In this document: positions 1 to 11,746 of the stretch, piece by piece
How the letters are laid out: every line of letters begins with the position of its first letter
How positions within the stretch are numbered: position 1 is the stretch's first letter
Source: Stegostoma tigrinum
Lineage: Eukaryota
Reading direction: 5' to 3'
DNA length: 64,000 nt
Assembly: GCF_030684315.1 (NCBI RefSeq)
Contig: NC_081391.1
Span: forward strand, 14,237,342 to 14,301,341
Translations under genes and position numbers: made by a program
The notes under the pieces: model-generated
Told to the model about the DNA's origin: nothing
Database searches by the model: none
The model's input: only the letters and a program-made list of their open reading frames with translations

Positions 1-898
1 CTGACATTAAGTAGTTGTCCAGATATCGCTGGAGTTGTCACCTCCTCCTCACCACTCTTTTTCCCCCCCGCCCCCCCAACTCCTGTGCTGACATTCACAA
101 ACCTACCATCCTCCTCCCTTTTAAGAAGAGTTGGAGGTGTTGGGTTCGTCCAATTTCCCCTCAAACCTGTGCCTTCTGTCTTCCCCATACTAGACTCCAA
201 GACCCTTGTCCCCACATCCTGTGTACACTCCCCAGTCTTCCATGCTTCCATCAGATAACTGCCTCGTCTGCTTCAAGGGAGTTTCCAGCCTATCCAACCT
301 TGGATCGATGGCTTTTCAACCTTGGGGCAACATCCTGGTGACCCTCACCTGCACCCCTTTCCAGTGTTTATCCTGTCCTTGTGGTTCTGGTCACCACACT
401 GGCCAGGTCCAAGATGGAAGACAATACTCTGTAGTTTATGACCTGACTTGTCCCACCCAATAGGGACAGGCATCATGTAGGCCAACTTCACCCCCTGGTT
501 GACCTTTGCTGATCCTTGAGGGGTCAATGGTCTTGGGCACTTTGTATCTCTGCTCCTTATCATTAAAAACCCTGCTGTCCCTTCAATGCATCAAACAGTG
601 ATATTTCTGATTCTGCTGATCAGACAGATATGAAACAAATGGCACAGGTGGGACTTCAACCTGGGCCTTGTGTACCAGACACAGGGACAGTACCACAGCA
701 CCAAGAGCCCTTGGGATTAGGCTGTGCATGTCCTGATCTAAACTCCAGCAGATGGACACTGGTGTAATCCATCACCTTTGTGCAAAATAAATCCTTATCC
801 CCATGATGACATGGTCCTGAACTTCCTCATTCAGATCAAGGATAAATGGGGCAAGGTGAAAGCAGTTCCCAAGTAACTGACTTGAGCATTGAGACTTG

Positions 899-1160
899 AG
901 GGATGGTACAGTGGCTCAGTGATCAGCACTGCTGCCTCAGTGCCAGGGACCCAAGTTTGGTTCCAGCCTTGGGTGAATAAATTTCAAACATGTTGTTTTT
1001 TTCGTGTAGGGGTTTCAATCCCACAGTCCAATGATGTACAGCTTAGGAAGATAGGCCACGGGAAGTGAGGGGTTACAAGAACTGGGTGGGTGTCTTTTCA
1101 GGGGGTATTGATGGTCTCAATGGGCTGAATGGCCTGTTCCTGTGCTGCAGGGTTTCTGTT
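899..1160 (+). mobile_element. HE1-like tRNA-derived SINE in intron 2 of F1
   Basis: Head GTGGCTCAGTGATCAGCACTGCTGCCTCA...CCAGGGACCC and LINE-like tail GGGCTGAATGGCCTGTTCC...TTTCT. Family assigned from recalled consensus, not from a search. Confidence 0.7.
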
Positions 1161-1194
1161 TCTAAAGCTTAACTGTCCTTCTTTGCATCCTCAG

Positions 1195-1871
1195 AAGCCA
1201 GAGAGGGATGAGTGGGGTAACAGCCTGCAGGCAATGCAGGTTGCCCTGGATCTGGAGAAGAATGTGAACCAGAGTTTGCTGGATCTACACCAACTCTCCA
1301 CAGCGCACACTGACCCTCATGTAAGCTTCACCTCCTCATCACTGCTACCCCCTCAGGGCAACACTTCATTGGTCTGTGGATTGGGAATTCACTGCTGTAA
1401 CACTACCTTTGTCCAGATATGACATTGTCACAGCATATTCACTCCGGGTACAGTGTCACACCTGCTCAGCAATGAGTGAAATGGGGAATTTGGGTTATAA
1501 TCTTGTGCGAGTGCTGAAGTGATATTGGCCACTGAATTCTCATTCAGGATCACTCGAGTTGAAGTCATGTTTTCTCTGGCACAAATTCTCCAGCTTTTGC
1601 CTACACTTTCAGGACTGTCTGGTGTTAGTTATGGCTGAGTCTGTTTTTCAGTGGGAATTGTACAATTGTCCTGGATAGTGTTAATGTATCCAGTTGTCAT
1701 ATTCCTCTGTTGCAGCTGTGTGACTTCCTGGAGACCCACTATTTGGATGAGGAGGTGGAGATCATCAAGCAACTTGGGGACTACATCACCAACCTGAAGC
1801 GCCTGGGAGCCCCTGAGAATGGGATGGGAGAGTACCTGTTTGACAGGCTCTCGCTGGAGGACAGCAGTTAG
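1195..1871 (+). CDS. Ferritin subunit, copy F1 (partial: exons 3-4 only; exons 1-2 lie upstream of the window)
   Basis: Exon 3 1195-1320 (tcag|AAG...CAT|gtaagc, [42 protein letters not shown]). Exon 4 1716-1871 (tgcag|CTG...[54 protein letters not shown]). AATAAA at 1999-2004. Confidence 0.93.
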
Positions 1872-2320
1872 TGTGGCCTGGAGTACTGTCTGCTTGGTCT
1901 GAATGCATTCCCCACTTCACCCTGGGCAATCTGTCTCCTTCCAGGGAGAAGGGGCTTGTTGCAAAGTATGTAATGGCTGTACCAGCTGAATAGGAATGAA
2001 TAAAATGTGTTGATCTTGCCTATTGTCCATCATACAGATTACTGAATACTTTGGGAGCCATCTCTTGAGCTTGAAGCCTGTTATCTTTAATTTGACAATT
2101 GAACTTAAACAGTTCACTGGATTTTTTACCATCCCCACATACTGGGCAGGAACTAGATGGTGTTCCTTTCTGTCATTCCTTTTCAAGGTATTCCCCTTCA
2201 AATAGAATGAGGTTGGGGGTTTGCCAAAGGTGGGATGGAAGATCTTCTGGAGGTCAATTATACCCCTCTGGATACAGTGGGTTCAATAGTATTTCAAACA
2301 ACATATCTGGCAAAGATCTG

Positions 2321-2763
2321 AGGCTCCATCCACAGGGGGATCCAAAGTAACGATGCTGAGAAGAGTGTGTACTGGCCAGGGCAGGCTTTCTTTGTGACAC
2401 CAAGTTCCCAGATTGTACGAGTGGGTATCTGGCTTTACTGTTGTGAGAAGGTAGGGGAATTGTGATATTCATGTCCAATTGCATTTCCCTTAGTCACTTC
2501 TCAGCCATTCTAGACAATAGGTTATTGTCTGAAGTGACAGTCCTCACATGGAGAGTCTGTTTTGTGATTTTTCTGGTGGCTGGGGCAGTAGATAACACTC
2601 CAAAGGAAGGTTACACATCAGGTCCTGACTTCACTCCCACTCCAGGAACCTATGAAACAGAAGATCCCAGATGTCAGGTATATCTTTCACCCTTCGGCCC
2701 TGCCCTAACCAGTACACACTCTCCTCAATCTCGTTACTTTGGGTTCCACAATGGCTGGAGCCT
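2321..2763. repeat. Inverted repeat pair of about 65 bp with a spacer of about 310 bp (MITE-like)
   Basis: 2321-2385 is the degenerate reverse complement of 2699-2763 (CCTGCCCT..CCAGTACACACTCT.CTCA...TCGTTACTTTGG). Confidence 0.7.
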
Positions 2764-3739
2764 TGTGATGTTGTCTGAGCTCATAACAGAGCCAGTGAGG
2801 GTTTGTTGGGGTGGGAGCAAGGTGATAGGTGGGTGGATGGAAACTGTGACCTCCCCCCTGGCTCCCTTGTAACACCAAACTGCATTTGGTCACAGTGACC
2901 TCCTCCATCTGAGTAAGGCATAATCTTTGTCCGGGGGCTGTGATTTCAATGCCCACTGAGACTCGGTGCCAGTACACACTGGGGGTGATCTTTTAGCCAG
3001 AGGCACGCCAAATTCCTCATCTTGAGGCTCTCATTTCACTGTCTGCCCTTAGGCCACGGCTCGCTGTAACAAGCCGTCACTTGTACTGAAACGTCACTTT
3101 CCGTCTTACCAGGCCAGAGCTGTGAAGAATCATCCCAAACATTCACCGTAGCCCTCTTCCCAGTGAGTCAGCTCAAAATCTCCTCCATGGCATGGGCTTA
3201 TAGGGCAGGGTCTGCCTTCCACCCAAAGCAAGCGAATAGTGACCTGGGAATAACCCAGCAACGCTCATGGCTAAACGCTGCCATTGGATTGACTCTTGCC
3301 GCTCAAGCCAGCATTGAGTGCACTCAGCTGCTCCCTTGGTTCCTCTGAGCTTCCCACACGGTGAGGGTTGCTCTTGATGCAGGTTGTCCTCACCTAATCA
3401 CATTGAAGGAGTAGTGTGACTGGGAGAGGAGACCTGGAGATGCTGACTTTCCTGTACGGCTGCTTGCTTTATCTTTTTTTTTTGACGTGTCGGAGATCGG
3501 CGGTTAGGGAGTGGGTAATTAGAGACGTCCTGGGGATTGTTTCAGGGAGTTTTCTCACTGCAGCCTTTGTGAAGTTTGGTGGGGTGAGGCCATCCACCCC
3601 TTAGCATATTCGTTCCACCACCTAAATTGTTTTATTTTTGGGATATTTAAGTCTTTGCGATAGTAAACCTGAAGTGTGGGAAGGCCTCATTAGGCACTTT
3701 AAATCTGCATTGACTCTGAACAGCACCCTGTTCAGGCTC

Positions 3740-4305
3740 ACCACATTTCCCACAGCTAATTTACCATGGTTTCCCCCCGTCACTATTGGCAATTTAGCAC
3801 GGCAAATACGCCTAATTTACATGTTGCCCGACTGTGGTAGGAGACTGCAGCACCTGAAAGATGTCGATACAGACACGAGGAGAATGTACAAACTCCACAC
3901 AGACCATTTCCCCAAGGCTCGAATATAACTCGGGCCCCTGGTGCTATGAGGTAACAGTGCTAACCGCTGAGGCCCCGTCACCCCCTAAAGTACCAAACAG
4001 AGGAGGAGGCTGTTGTATTGCATAGTCAGAGCCATCCATCATGGAAATAGACTCTTCAGCACAACATGTCCTTGCAGACCAGGTTTCCACAAATTGTGTC
4101 GTGCCATTTCCCTTTATTTGGCCCAAATCCCTCTAAACCGTTCCATCCCATATACGTGTCCAAATGTCTTGTAATGGTACCCAAACCTACCGTTTCCCTT
4201 GGCAGCTCGTTCCATACACGCACCACCTCCTGTGTCAAAACGTTGTCCCTCATGTCCCTTTTAAAACTTGCCCCTATGCCCTCTAGTTTTGGACTCCCCT
4301 ACCCT
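3740..4305 (-). mobile_element. Spacer module: HE1-like SINE (about 3740-3985) plus CR1 3'-end fragment (about 4020-4305)
   Basis: The minus strand reads GCCTCAGCGGTTAGCACTGTTACCTCA (SINE head). ORF 4056-4253 (VVRVWNELPRETV...RHLDTYM) matches the CR1 ORF2 C-terminus. Confidence 0.7.
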
Positions 4306-5580
4306 GTCCCAGCAAGCGTTTTATATACAGTCAATCTTGAGTGTGCCAATGGCAAGGCTACATTTAGTGCTCAGCAACTGTTGCACGTCAGGAGGTGGTG
4401 ATGAGCTGGTTATTACAGTCCACCTGGTGTAGCAGAGCCCGGAATGATGCTGCTGCTGCTGAGGAGGGGCTTCTGGGATGTTCATTCACAAACAGGGATA
4501 GTGTTCCAAGTCAGGATGGTGACAGATTTACATGGAGCTGCTTGAGTGTCGTTGAGGCTGTCTTGAGCCAGAACAATGTAAAGTCATCCATCACACTTCC
4601 TGACTTCAGTCTTGTTGATGGTGGACAGGCTTTTGAAAGTCAGGAGTTGAGTGATTCACAACAGAATTCCCAGCCTCTTCCCACATTCTGAGCTGTTTGT
4701 TCTACAGAGTGCAATGTAAACAGGACCAGAACCTCCTGTTTAGAAACACGCTGCAGTTAAGCGCTTGTTGTCCTCCGAGCAGTTAAAAGCTGAACACAGA
4801 AATAGAAATATTGAATGTGCGATATATTTCCAGCACCTGATACCTCAGCAGTTTAGCTGGGAAATTCAGCCCATTTCTGAAGAAGGGTCCCAACCCAAAA
4901 AGTCAGCCTTCCTGATCCTCTGAAGCTGCCCAGCCTGCTGTGTTACTCCAGCTCCACGCTTTCTTATCTCTGACTCCAGCATTGACAGTTCTTACTATCT
5001 CTGAGGGAGTTAAGTGCTCGTCATTCTTGAACTGACTAAAAACTGAACACCGAGATAAAATGCTGAACATGGAATATATTTCTAGCAGCTGTCACATGGG
5101 CTATTTGGGGATAGACCCTGAGGCCTACTCCCGCACAGCACATTTTCTAATTTGATTTTCAAACTGGACTTACTACGATCCAAAGTCAACGAGATCCTGG
5201 CAGATTCTGAATGGATCCATAGCCTGTAGGTACCTGTATTAAATGACCCAAAAGCACATGAATTCTGTTGCTGCACACCAATACGTAAATGTTTACTGTC
5301 CACAAAATCTTGCCACTTTTCAATATACTCCAACACCGTCGTTCAAAAGCTACAAAGACAAATTCATCAGAGTAACAAACCGACAGAATTCAGCAAATCT
5401 GTGATGAGCATGTCTTCATACATAACCTCAGATACAGAAGTTTCAGAGTATGTTTTTTGTCATTTTCAGGGAGATGTCCTTCCAGAATTTGCACTTGTGC
5501 GGAGGTCAAAGGTCATTCAGCAATTCCATCATCGACCAGTTGTCAATTCTGATCGGTTTCTGGATCCAATACCCATCCTG

Positions 5581-5690
5581 CACTGATTGGACGTGCCAAC
5601 TGATCAACTGATGAACAAGAGTGATTGGCCATCACTGATGATGTCATATCCTGCTCAATAAAATGAGGGCTTGCAACTGAGGTATAAGTA
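5581..5690 (+). promoter_or_regulatory. Putative core promoter of F2
   Basis: Inverted CCAAT boxes (ATTGG at 5586 and 5624), a CRE-like TGATGTCA, and TATAAG at 5683, about 105 nt before the ATG. The block is conserved upstream of every copy. Confidence 0.65.
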
Positions 5691-5787
5691 GTGTCTCCAC
5701 GAGACTGATGGTTTAGGTGTAGTTGGTTTTCTTTCTAAGTTTGTTCTTTGATTGTAAGAAAAAGGAAAGCCCTTTTCTCCTCACAAA

Positions 5788-8700
5788 ATGGCCTCCCAGA
5801 TCAGTCAGAACTATCACCAGGATTGTGAAGCTGCTGTCAACAAGCAGATTAATGTGGAGCTCACTGCCTCCTATCTCTATCAGTCTTTGGTGAGTGTTGT
5901 GTTTATGAGGTTAAAATTCAATCTATTATTCTGAAGTGAGCTATTTCCCTTGTTTCTAACTAACTTGATGCCCTTGTAGATTGTGTTTCATATCTCTTAC
6001 CTATTGAACACATCAGGAGGAATGTGATGTTATCATATCAGTGGGCTATGATCCTGATGTACAGTCATGGTGGACCCTGTCAGTCTTCAATGATCTCTGG
6101 AGGGAGAAGTGTTTTGTTTTTGACTTAGTTCAAAATTCCCTGATAAGGTTATGCCTGGCAGTAATTGTCACTCCCTCACTAGGATTATCAAAAAGTTCAT
6201 CTAATTTCTGAAGGAACTGGAATAACCATTGGCTAGTTACTGGCTTCTGTTTTTAATTTCTTGCTTTCTGTTTATTTAGTGATGCATGTCATTGAACAAC
6301 ATGCTGACTTGGTATAGTAGTAAGGCATTATGGTAGCACTTTCCAATTAATCAAATCTGATCTGACACAGCCTTCAGGGTTTGGGTGTGACTATTAGCAG
6401 CTCAAATAGGCCTTGTTGGGGGCCTACTGGGCTTTGTGATCATTATTGAGATGGGTGTGGCCCTTCCCTTCACACTTGACATGAAGTTCATCTGCTGTGG
6501 TGTGTGAAGTGAGACGCTGGTGCTCCTGGAATGTGCTGAAGGTATTGCCTCAGTGACAGTGATGAAATGGATTGTTCCCAGACCATCTATCCTGGCCCTG
6601 AAACACACTGGCCCCTCAGACCAGGTGGCAGTGTGCCTGTGCCCTTCTAAGGGATAGACTGTGTTTGGAAGGTGTGTGTTTGAAGTAACCTTGGTGACTG
6701 CTGCAGGGGACCTGGTAGATAATGGACCCTGAAAGGAGGTGGTGAATGCAGTCCCCATGAAGTGGGCTGCTCAGTCTTGGATGGTGTCTGCTTCTTGCAT
6801 GTTGTAGCTCCCCTTCTACTGACAAATGGGGAATATTCATCTCTCTCTGGGCTTGTGCCTATTGGAAGGAAGCTGCCTCGATATAAGGATGGAGTCAGTA
6901 TAACCTCCATTTGGGAGGTGGGAACAGCTTTTACTGGGGAACCACTTGGGGTTTAATCACTGGCCAGTGTCCCAGCACAACAGGGAATTATGTACCAATC
7001 AATAAATCCCCACTATTCTGTCTTCCACAACTTGGAACTACCCAATTAAACCATACTTTTTTTTGCCTCACTTTGTATTTGAGGGTTGAAGTAGCTTTTC
7101 ACATCAGGATTCCTTGCTTATAGCAGCACTCATGCATCAGCTTCTGAACAAACATCTAATAGATGACTCACTTCTACTTCAACTGAAGCTGTAGCCCTCC
7201 AATGTTGAATTGTGAATGTCAGTTTTAGACGTGAGTGATTATGGGTGGGGAAAATTACAGCATTTTGCATGTTCAACTTAGCTAAATGAAGGTTTCCAGC
7301 AGTGTGTTTACTGGTGACATTATCCATAGAACAACAGTTGATCTAGAGATCACATTGTCTGTCTCCAACATTTGACTTTTCTTCAGTTTGTTCTTACAAT
7401 TTGTTTTATCAGTGTGATGCTTGTTTGCGAGCTTCTGGATGTGAGTGCACTCAATAAACAGGTGTGTAATAGCCTTCTGCGGCAATGATCCAAAGGCTGT
7501 TACTGGGCAGGCTTTCCTCATCAGAATCTTGGTGCCACTTTCTCCTCCATGCTGCAGACAGCATGTCCTGTAGCACTAAAATATATGGTACATCTAATGC
7601 CATTAATCTTGAGGTTGCAGAACTTGCTTCCCCCTAGTTCGACTGTTAGAGTAGTGCTCAACATCAGTATTGAGAAACCAAGGTCGGGAGATGGATGAAC
7701 ACAGCAGGCCAAACAGGAAATCTGACACTGGGCTAACATATGTATGCCACCTTAGCCCCAAAGGAGAAATGCGGTGCCTTGCAGCTGCCACCCTGAGTCC
7801 ATTCTGCATACCAGCTCCTGGCACAAGGTTAAAAACTTAGTCCATCACTAGTTTCATTCAATCCTGATGAGTGTTCAACAGAGGAAACATGAATTCAATT
7901 TTTCCCTCTCAATGCTGTGCCAGACCCCTTGAGCATTGCATTAGGTATCTTAAACCAAAACACATGGTATGCACATCCTCCCTGGAGGAAGCTGGGTTTG
8001 TTCAGATTGAGCCAGTTAAAGGATCATCTGGCTAATTGGACAACACTAGGTTCATGACCACAGTCATGTACCAGAACATAACAGCTCGTGGCATTCTAGA
8101 GCAAACTGACAATTCTCAACCGGTCATCAATTTCTGAGATCTACAATTGGCCCCAGTGGTCCCTTTAATGAGATTTGAAATGTTGTCTCTTCCAGATGTC
8201 CTATTTTGACCGGGATGACGTTGCCCTCCCCCATTTCTCGCGGTTCTTCAAAGATCAGTCCCAGCAGAAGCGGGAACATGCAGAGAAGCTGCTGAAATTC
8301 CAGAATCAGCGTGGAGGCAGAGTCCTCCTCCAGGATGTGAAGGTTGGAGTTTGGTTTGGGTGAGGGTGTGTGGTTACAGGTGAAAAATGGCAGCTCTCAT
8401 GGTGAGGCTTCAAGTCAGTGACGAGGACTTCACGTCCTGATGGGAAGTGACAAATATCTTGTTCTGTTTGGGTCCCCTGTGTCCTGACTCTGAATACAAC
8501 AAATCACAGAAACAAGCCCTCTGCCCACCATGTCTATGCTGACACACCAAATGACACTTTGCTGCACTTGGTCCACAGACTACTCTGCCCTGGCATGAAG
8601 TACTTGGCTAGATGTTGCTGGAGTGGCTGTCTCTTCCATATTTCTACCATCCTCTGGTCGGGGTGGGAGCAGGGGTGAGGGAGGACACTTCCTCTAACCT

Positions 8701-10001
8701 GTTGATTCCTCAAACCTGTGCCCTCTGGTATTGGTGCCTGCTATGGTGAAGACCTCTGTCTTTCCATATTCCAATTGCCTCAGCCTCACCACCTCCAAGG
8801 AAAATCGCAGCTTCTGGATCCTGTCTTCAATGGATTTTCAGTCTTGAGGCAAAATCCTAGTATTCCTCACCTGCGGCCCCTCCAGTGCCATCCTGTCCCT
8901 CTGATTTTCGGTTCTGGTCACCACCCTGCATTCCATCCTTGGCCTGGCTCACGTTGCAAAGCTTGGTACAAGACTGAGCTCTATATTGAGCCCCAACTGA
9001 AGGGGACGAGCATCATGTCAGCCACCTTCACCAGCCTGTCTACCTTCACTGAGCCTTGAGCTATCTATGGTCTGGATGTTGTTATCTTAGTTCCTTTTAT
9101 TCTAAAAGCTTTGCTGGCCCTTCAATGAACTAAGTTGCAGTGATGTTTCTCATCCTGCTCATGAGGAGGAGGACATGGCCTCGCGGTATTATTGATGAAC
9201 TGCCAGTCATCGGTCTGAATGTCCTGTGGCCATGCTGCAGGAATGCTGTTGCTGAAGCTTAACTGTCCTTCTTTTCCCTCCTCCAGAAGCCAGACAGGGA
9301 TGAGTGGGGTAACAGCCTGCAGGCAATGCAGGTTGCCCTGAATCTGGAGAAGAATGTGAACCAGAGTTTGCTGGATCTACACCAACTCGCCACAGCCCAG
9401 ACTGACCCTCATGTAAGCTTCACCTCCTCCTCATTCTCATCACTGCGACACCCTCAGGGCAACACGTCATTGGTTGGTCTTTGTGTGGTTTTGAAATTCA
9501 CTGCTGTAACACTGTCTGGCTGACATTGGGCCTGAAGTGATCATGCTGAGGATCTGTTCAGCAGTTGTTCAAATGGGAATTTGGATCATTATCTGGAAGG
9601 AGCGTTGAACTGATACTTGCCACTGAATTCTCATTTAGTATCATTGTCCATCACAATCCACCTCCACTCCATTTCACAAACAGCAAGATGGAGCAGCTGA
9701 AATCCTCTTGTCCTCACTGGCACAAATTCTCCAGGTGCTGGCTTGATTTTTCAAGGCTGTTGAGAGCGGGTATGGTGAAATGTTTTGCAGTGGAAATTCT
9801 GAAGTTGTTTTTAAGTGATCACAGTTTCTCTTTCTTCCATTGCAGCTGTGTGACTTCCTGGAGACTCACTATTTGGATGAGGAGGTGGAGATCATCAAGC
9901 AACTTGGGGACTACATCACCAACCTGAAGCGCCTGGGAGCCCCTGAGAATGGGATGGGAGAGTACCTGTTTGACAGGCTCTCCCTGGAGGACAGCAGTTA
10001 G
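5788..10001 (+). CDS. Ferritin subunit, copy F2 (intact, 176 aa, 4 exons)
   Basis: Exons 5788-5889, 8196-8342, 9287-9412 and 9846-10001, all GT-AG, 531 nt. [65 protein letters not shown].../KPDRDEWG...[18 protein letters not shown]... aligns to vertebrate ferritin with the standard exon structure. AATAAA at 10128-10133. Confidence 0.96.
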
Positions 10002-10504
10002 TGTGGCCTGGAGAACTGTCTGCTTGGTCTGAATGCATTCCCCACTTCACCCTGGGCAATCTGTCTCCTTTCAGGGAGAAGGGGCTTGTCGCAAAGAATG
10101 TAATGGCTGTACCAGCTGAATGGAATGAATAAAATGATGCATTGATCTTGCTTATTGTCCCTCATTCAGATTATTAAATATTTTGGGAGATGTCACTTGA
10201 GCTTTAAGTCTGTTTATCTTTCTCTAATTTGGCTGATCCAATTAGTAAATGGACTCAGCAAAACTTCTAGGTCTTACCCCAGCCCCTGAATGTTGGAAAG
10301 TAGCAAGATGGAGTTCCTTGTTGTGGTCCCAATGAAATTCAAGATATTCTCCTCAAATAGGTTAAGTTGGGGGTTTGTGAATTGTGGGGTGGCACTTCTT
10401 CTGGAGGACAACTGGCACATTTCTGGCTACGGGCCATTCGGATCATTAAAATCTGCATTGACACTGTGAACAGCATCATGTTCAGATCTTCCCCCCCCTG
10501 CCCC

Positions 10505-11090
10505 CACATTTCCCATGGCTAATTTACCCAGACTGTATGACCCCTTGTCACTATTGGCAATTTAGCACGGCCAGTACACCTACTCCACATGTTGTTTGAC
10601 TGTGGTGGGAGACTGGAACAGGTGAAGGAAATCCACACAGACATGAGGCAAATGTACAAACTCTGCTCAGACAGTTTTTCCCCCAGGCTAGAATCAACCT
10701 TGGGCTCCTGGTGTGGTGAGGTAACAGTGCTAACCGCTGAGGCCCCTTCACCCCCTAAAGTACCAAACAAAGGAGGAGGCTGTTGCAAAGTCAGAGCCAT
10801 CCAGCTTGGAAATAGACTCTGAAGCACAACACGTCCTTGCTGACCACGTTTCCACAAATTGTGTCGTGCTACTTGCTGTCCAAATCCCTCTTAAACAGTT
10901 AAATCCCTCTAAATCGTTCCATCCCATATACATGTCCAAAGTCTTGAAATTGCACCCAAACCTATCGTTTGTGTTGGCAACTTCTTCCAGACACGCACCA
11001 CCCTCTGTGAAAACGTTCCCCCTCAGTCCCTTTTAAATCTTTTCCCCTCTCCCCTCAAACCGATGCCCTCTAGTTTTGGACTCCTCCTAC
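10505..11090 (-). mobile_element. Spacer module: HE1-like SINE plus CR1 3'-end fragment
   Basis: Paralogous to 3740-4305. Confidence 0.65.
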
Positions 11091-11545
11091 CCTGTCCTCG
11101 CATGCTTTTTATATACAGTCGATCTTGAGTGTGCCAAGGGATAGGCAACATTTTGTGTTCAGCAACTGTTACACTTCAGGAGGTGGTGATTACAGTCCAC
11201 CTGGTGTGGGAGAGTCCGGAATGATGCTGCTGCTGAGGAGGGGCTTCTAGGATTTTCATTCTCAAACAGGGATAGTGGTCCTGGCGATAGATTTACTTCA
11301 AGCTGCTTGAGTGAGGTAGGGGCTGCACTGAGCCAGAAAATTCTGAACCGTTCCATAAATATTCATTAACACATCCTGACCCCAATGTTATACATGGTGG
11401 ACAGGCTTTGGAAAGTCAAAAGTTGAATACTTTGGAACAGAGTTCCCAGCCTGTGACCTACCAGTTTCTGAGCTGTATGTTCAGCAGAATGCAATGTAAA
11501 CAGCACCAGACACTCTCTGCTCAGAAACAGACTGGAGTTAAGCGC

Positions 11546-11746
11546 TAACACGGTGGAGCTGGATGAACACAGCAGGCCAGGAAGCATCAGAGGATCAGGA
11601 AAAGCTGATGATTCAGATAGGGACCCTTCTTCAGTAAAGGAAGATTCAGCACATTTCTGAAGAAGCTTCCTGACCCGAAACATCAGCTTTCCTGTTCCTC
11701 TGATGCTGCCTGGCCTGCTGTGTGCATCCAGTTCCACATTGTGTTA
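11546..11746. repeat. About 200-bp palindromic element (Penelope-like terminal-repeat remnant)
   Basis: The left arm TAACACGGTGGAGCTGGATGAACACAGCAGGCCAGGAAGCATCAGAGG is the near reverse complement of the right arm CCTCTGATGCTGCCTGGCCTGCTGTGTGCATCCAGTTCCACATTGTGTTA. Confidence 0.8.

Noticed and set aside
899-975. tRNA-like A/B-box sequence
   Set aside because: It is a degenerate SINE head with no full cloverleaf, followed by SINE body and tail.
4380-4520. Conserved NDAAAAEEG-coding-like block in every spacer, as a hidden exon
   Set aside because: It has variable GCT repeat number, indels and stops between copies, no consistent splice sites, and adjoins an old LINE-like fragment.
6402-6956. 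Recurrent antisense ORFs in intron 1 ([17 protein letters not shown]...)
   Set aside because: They recur only because the unit is duplicated. Starts, stops and frames differ between copies and no domain is recognisable.
5788-10001. Assigning the symbol FTH1 or FTL
   Set aside because: The sequence mixes H/M-like and L-like diagnostic residues, so orthology needs a phylogeny and synteny.
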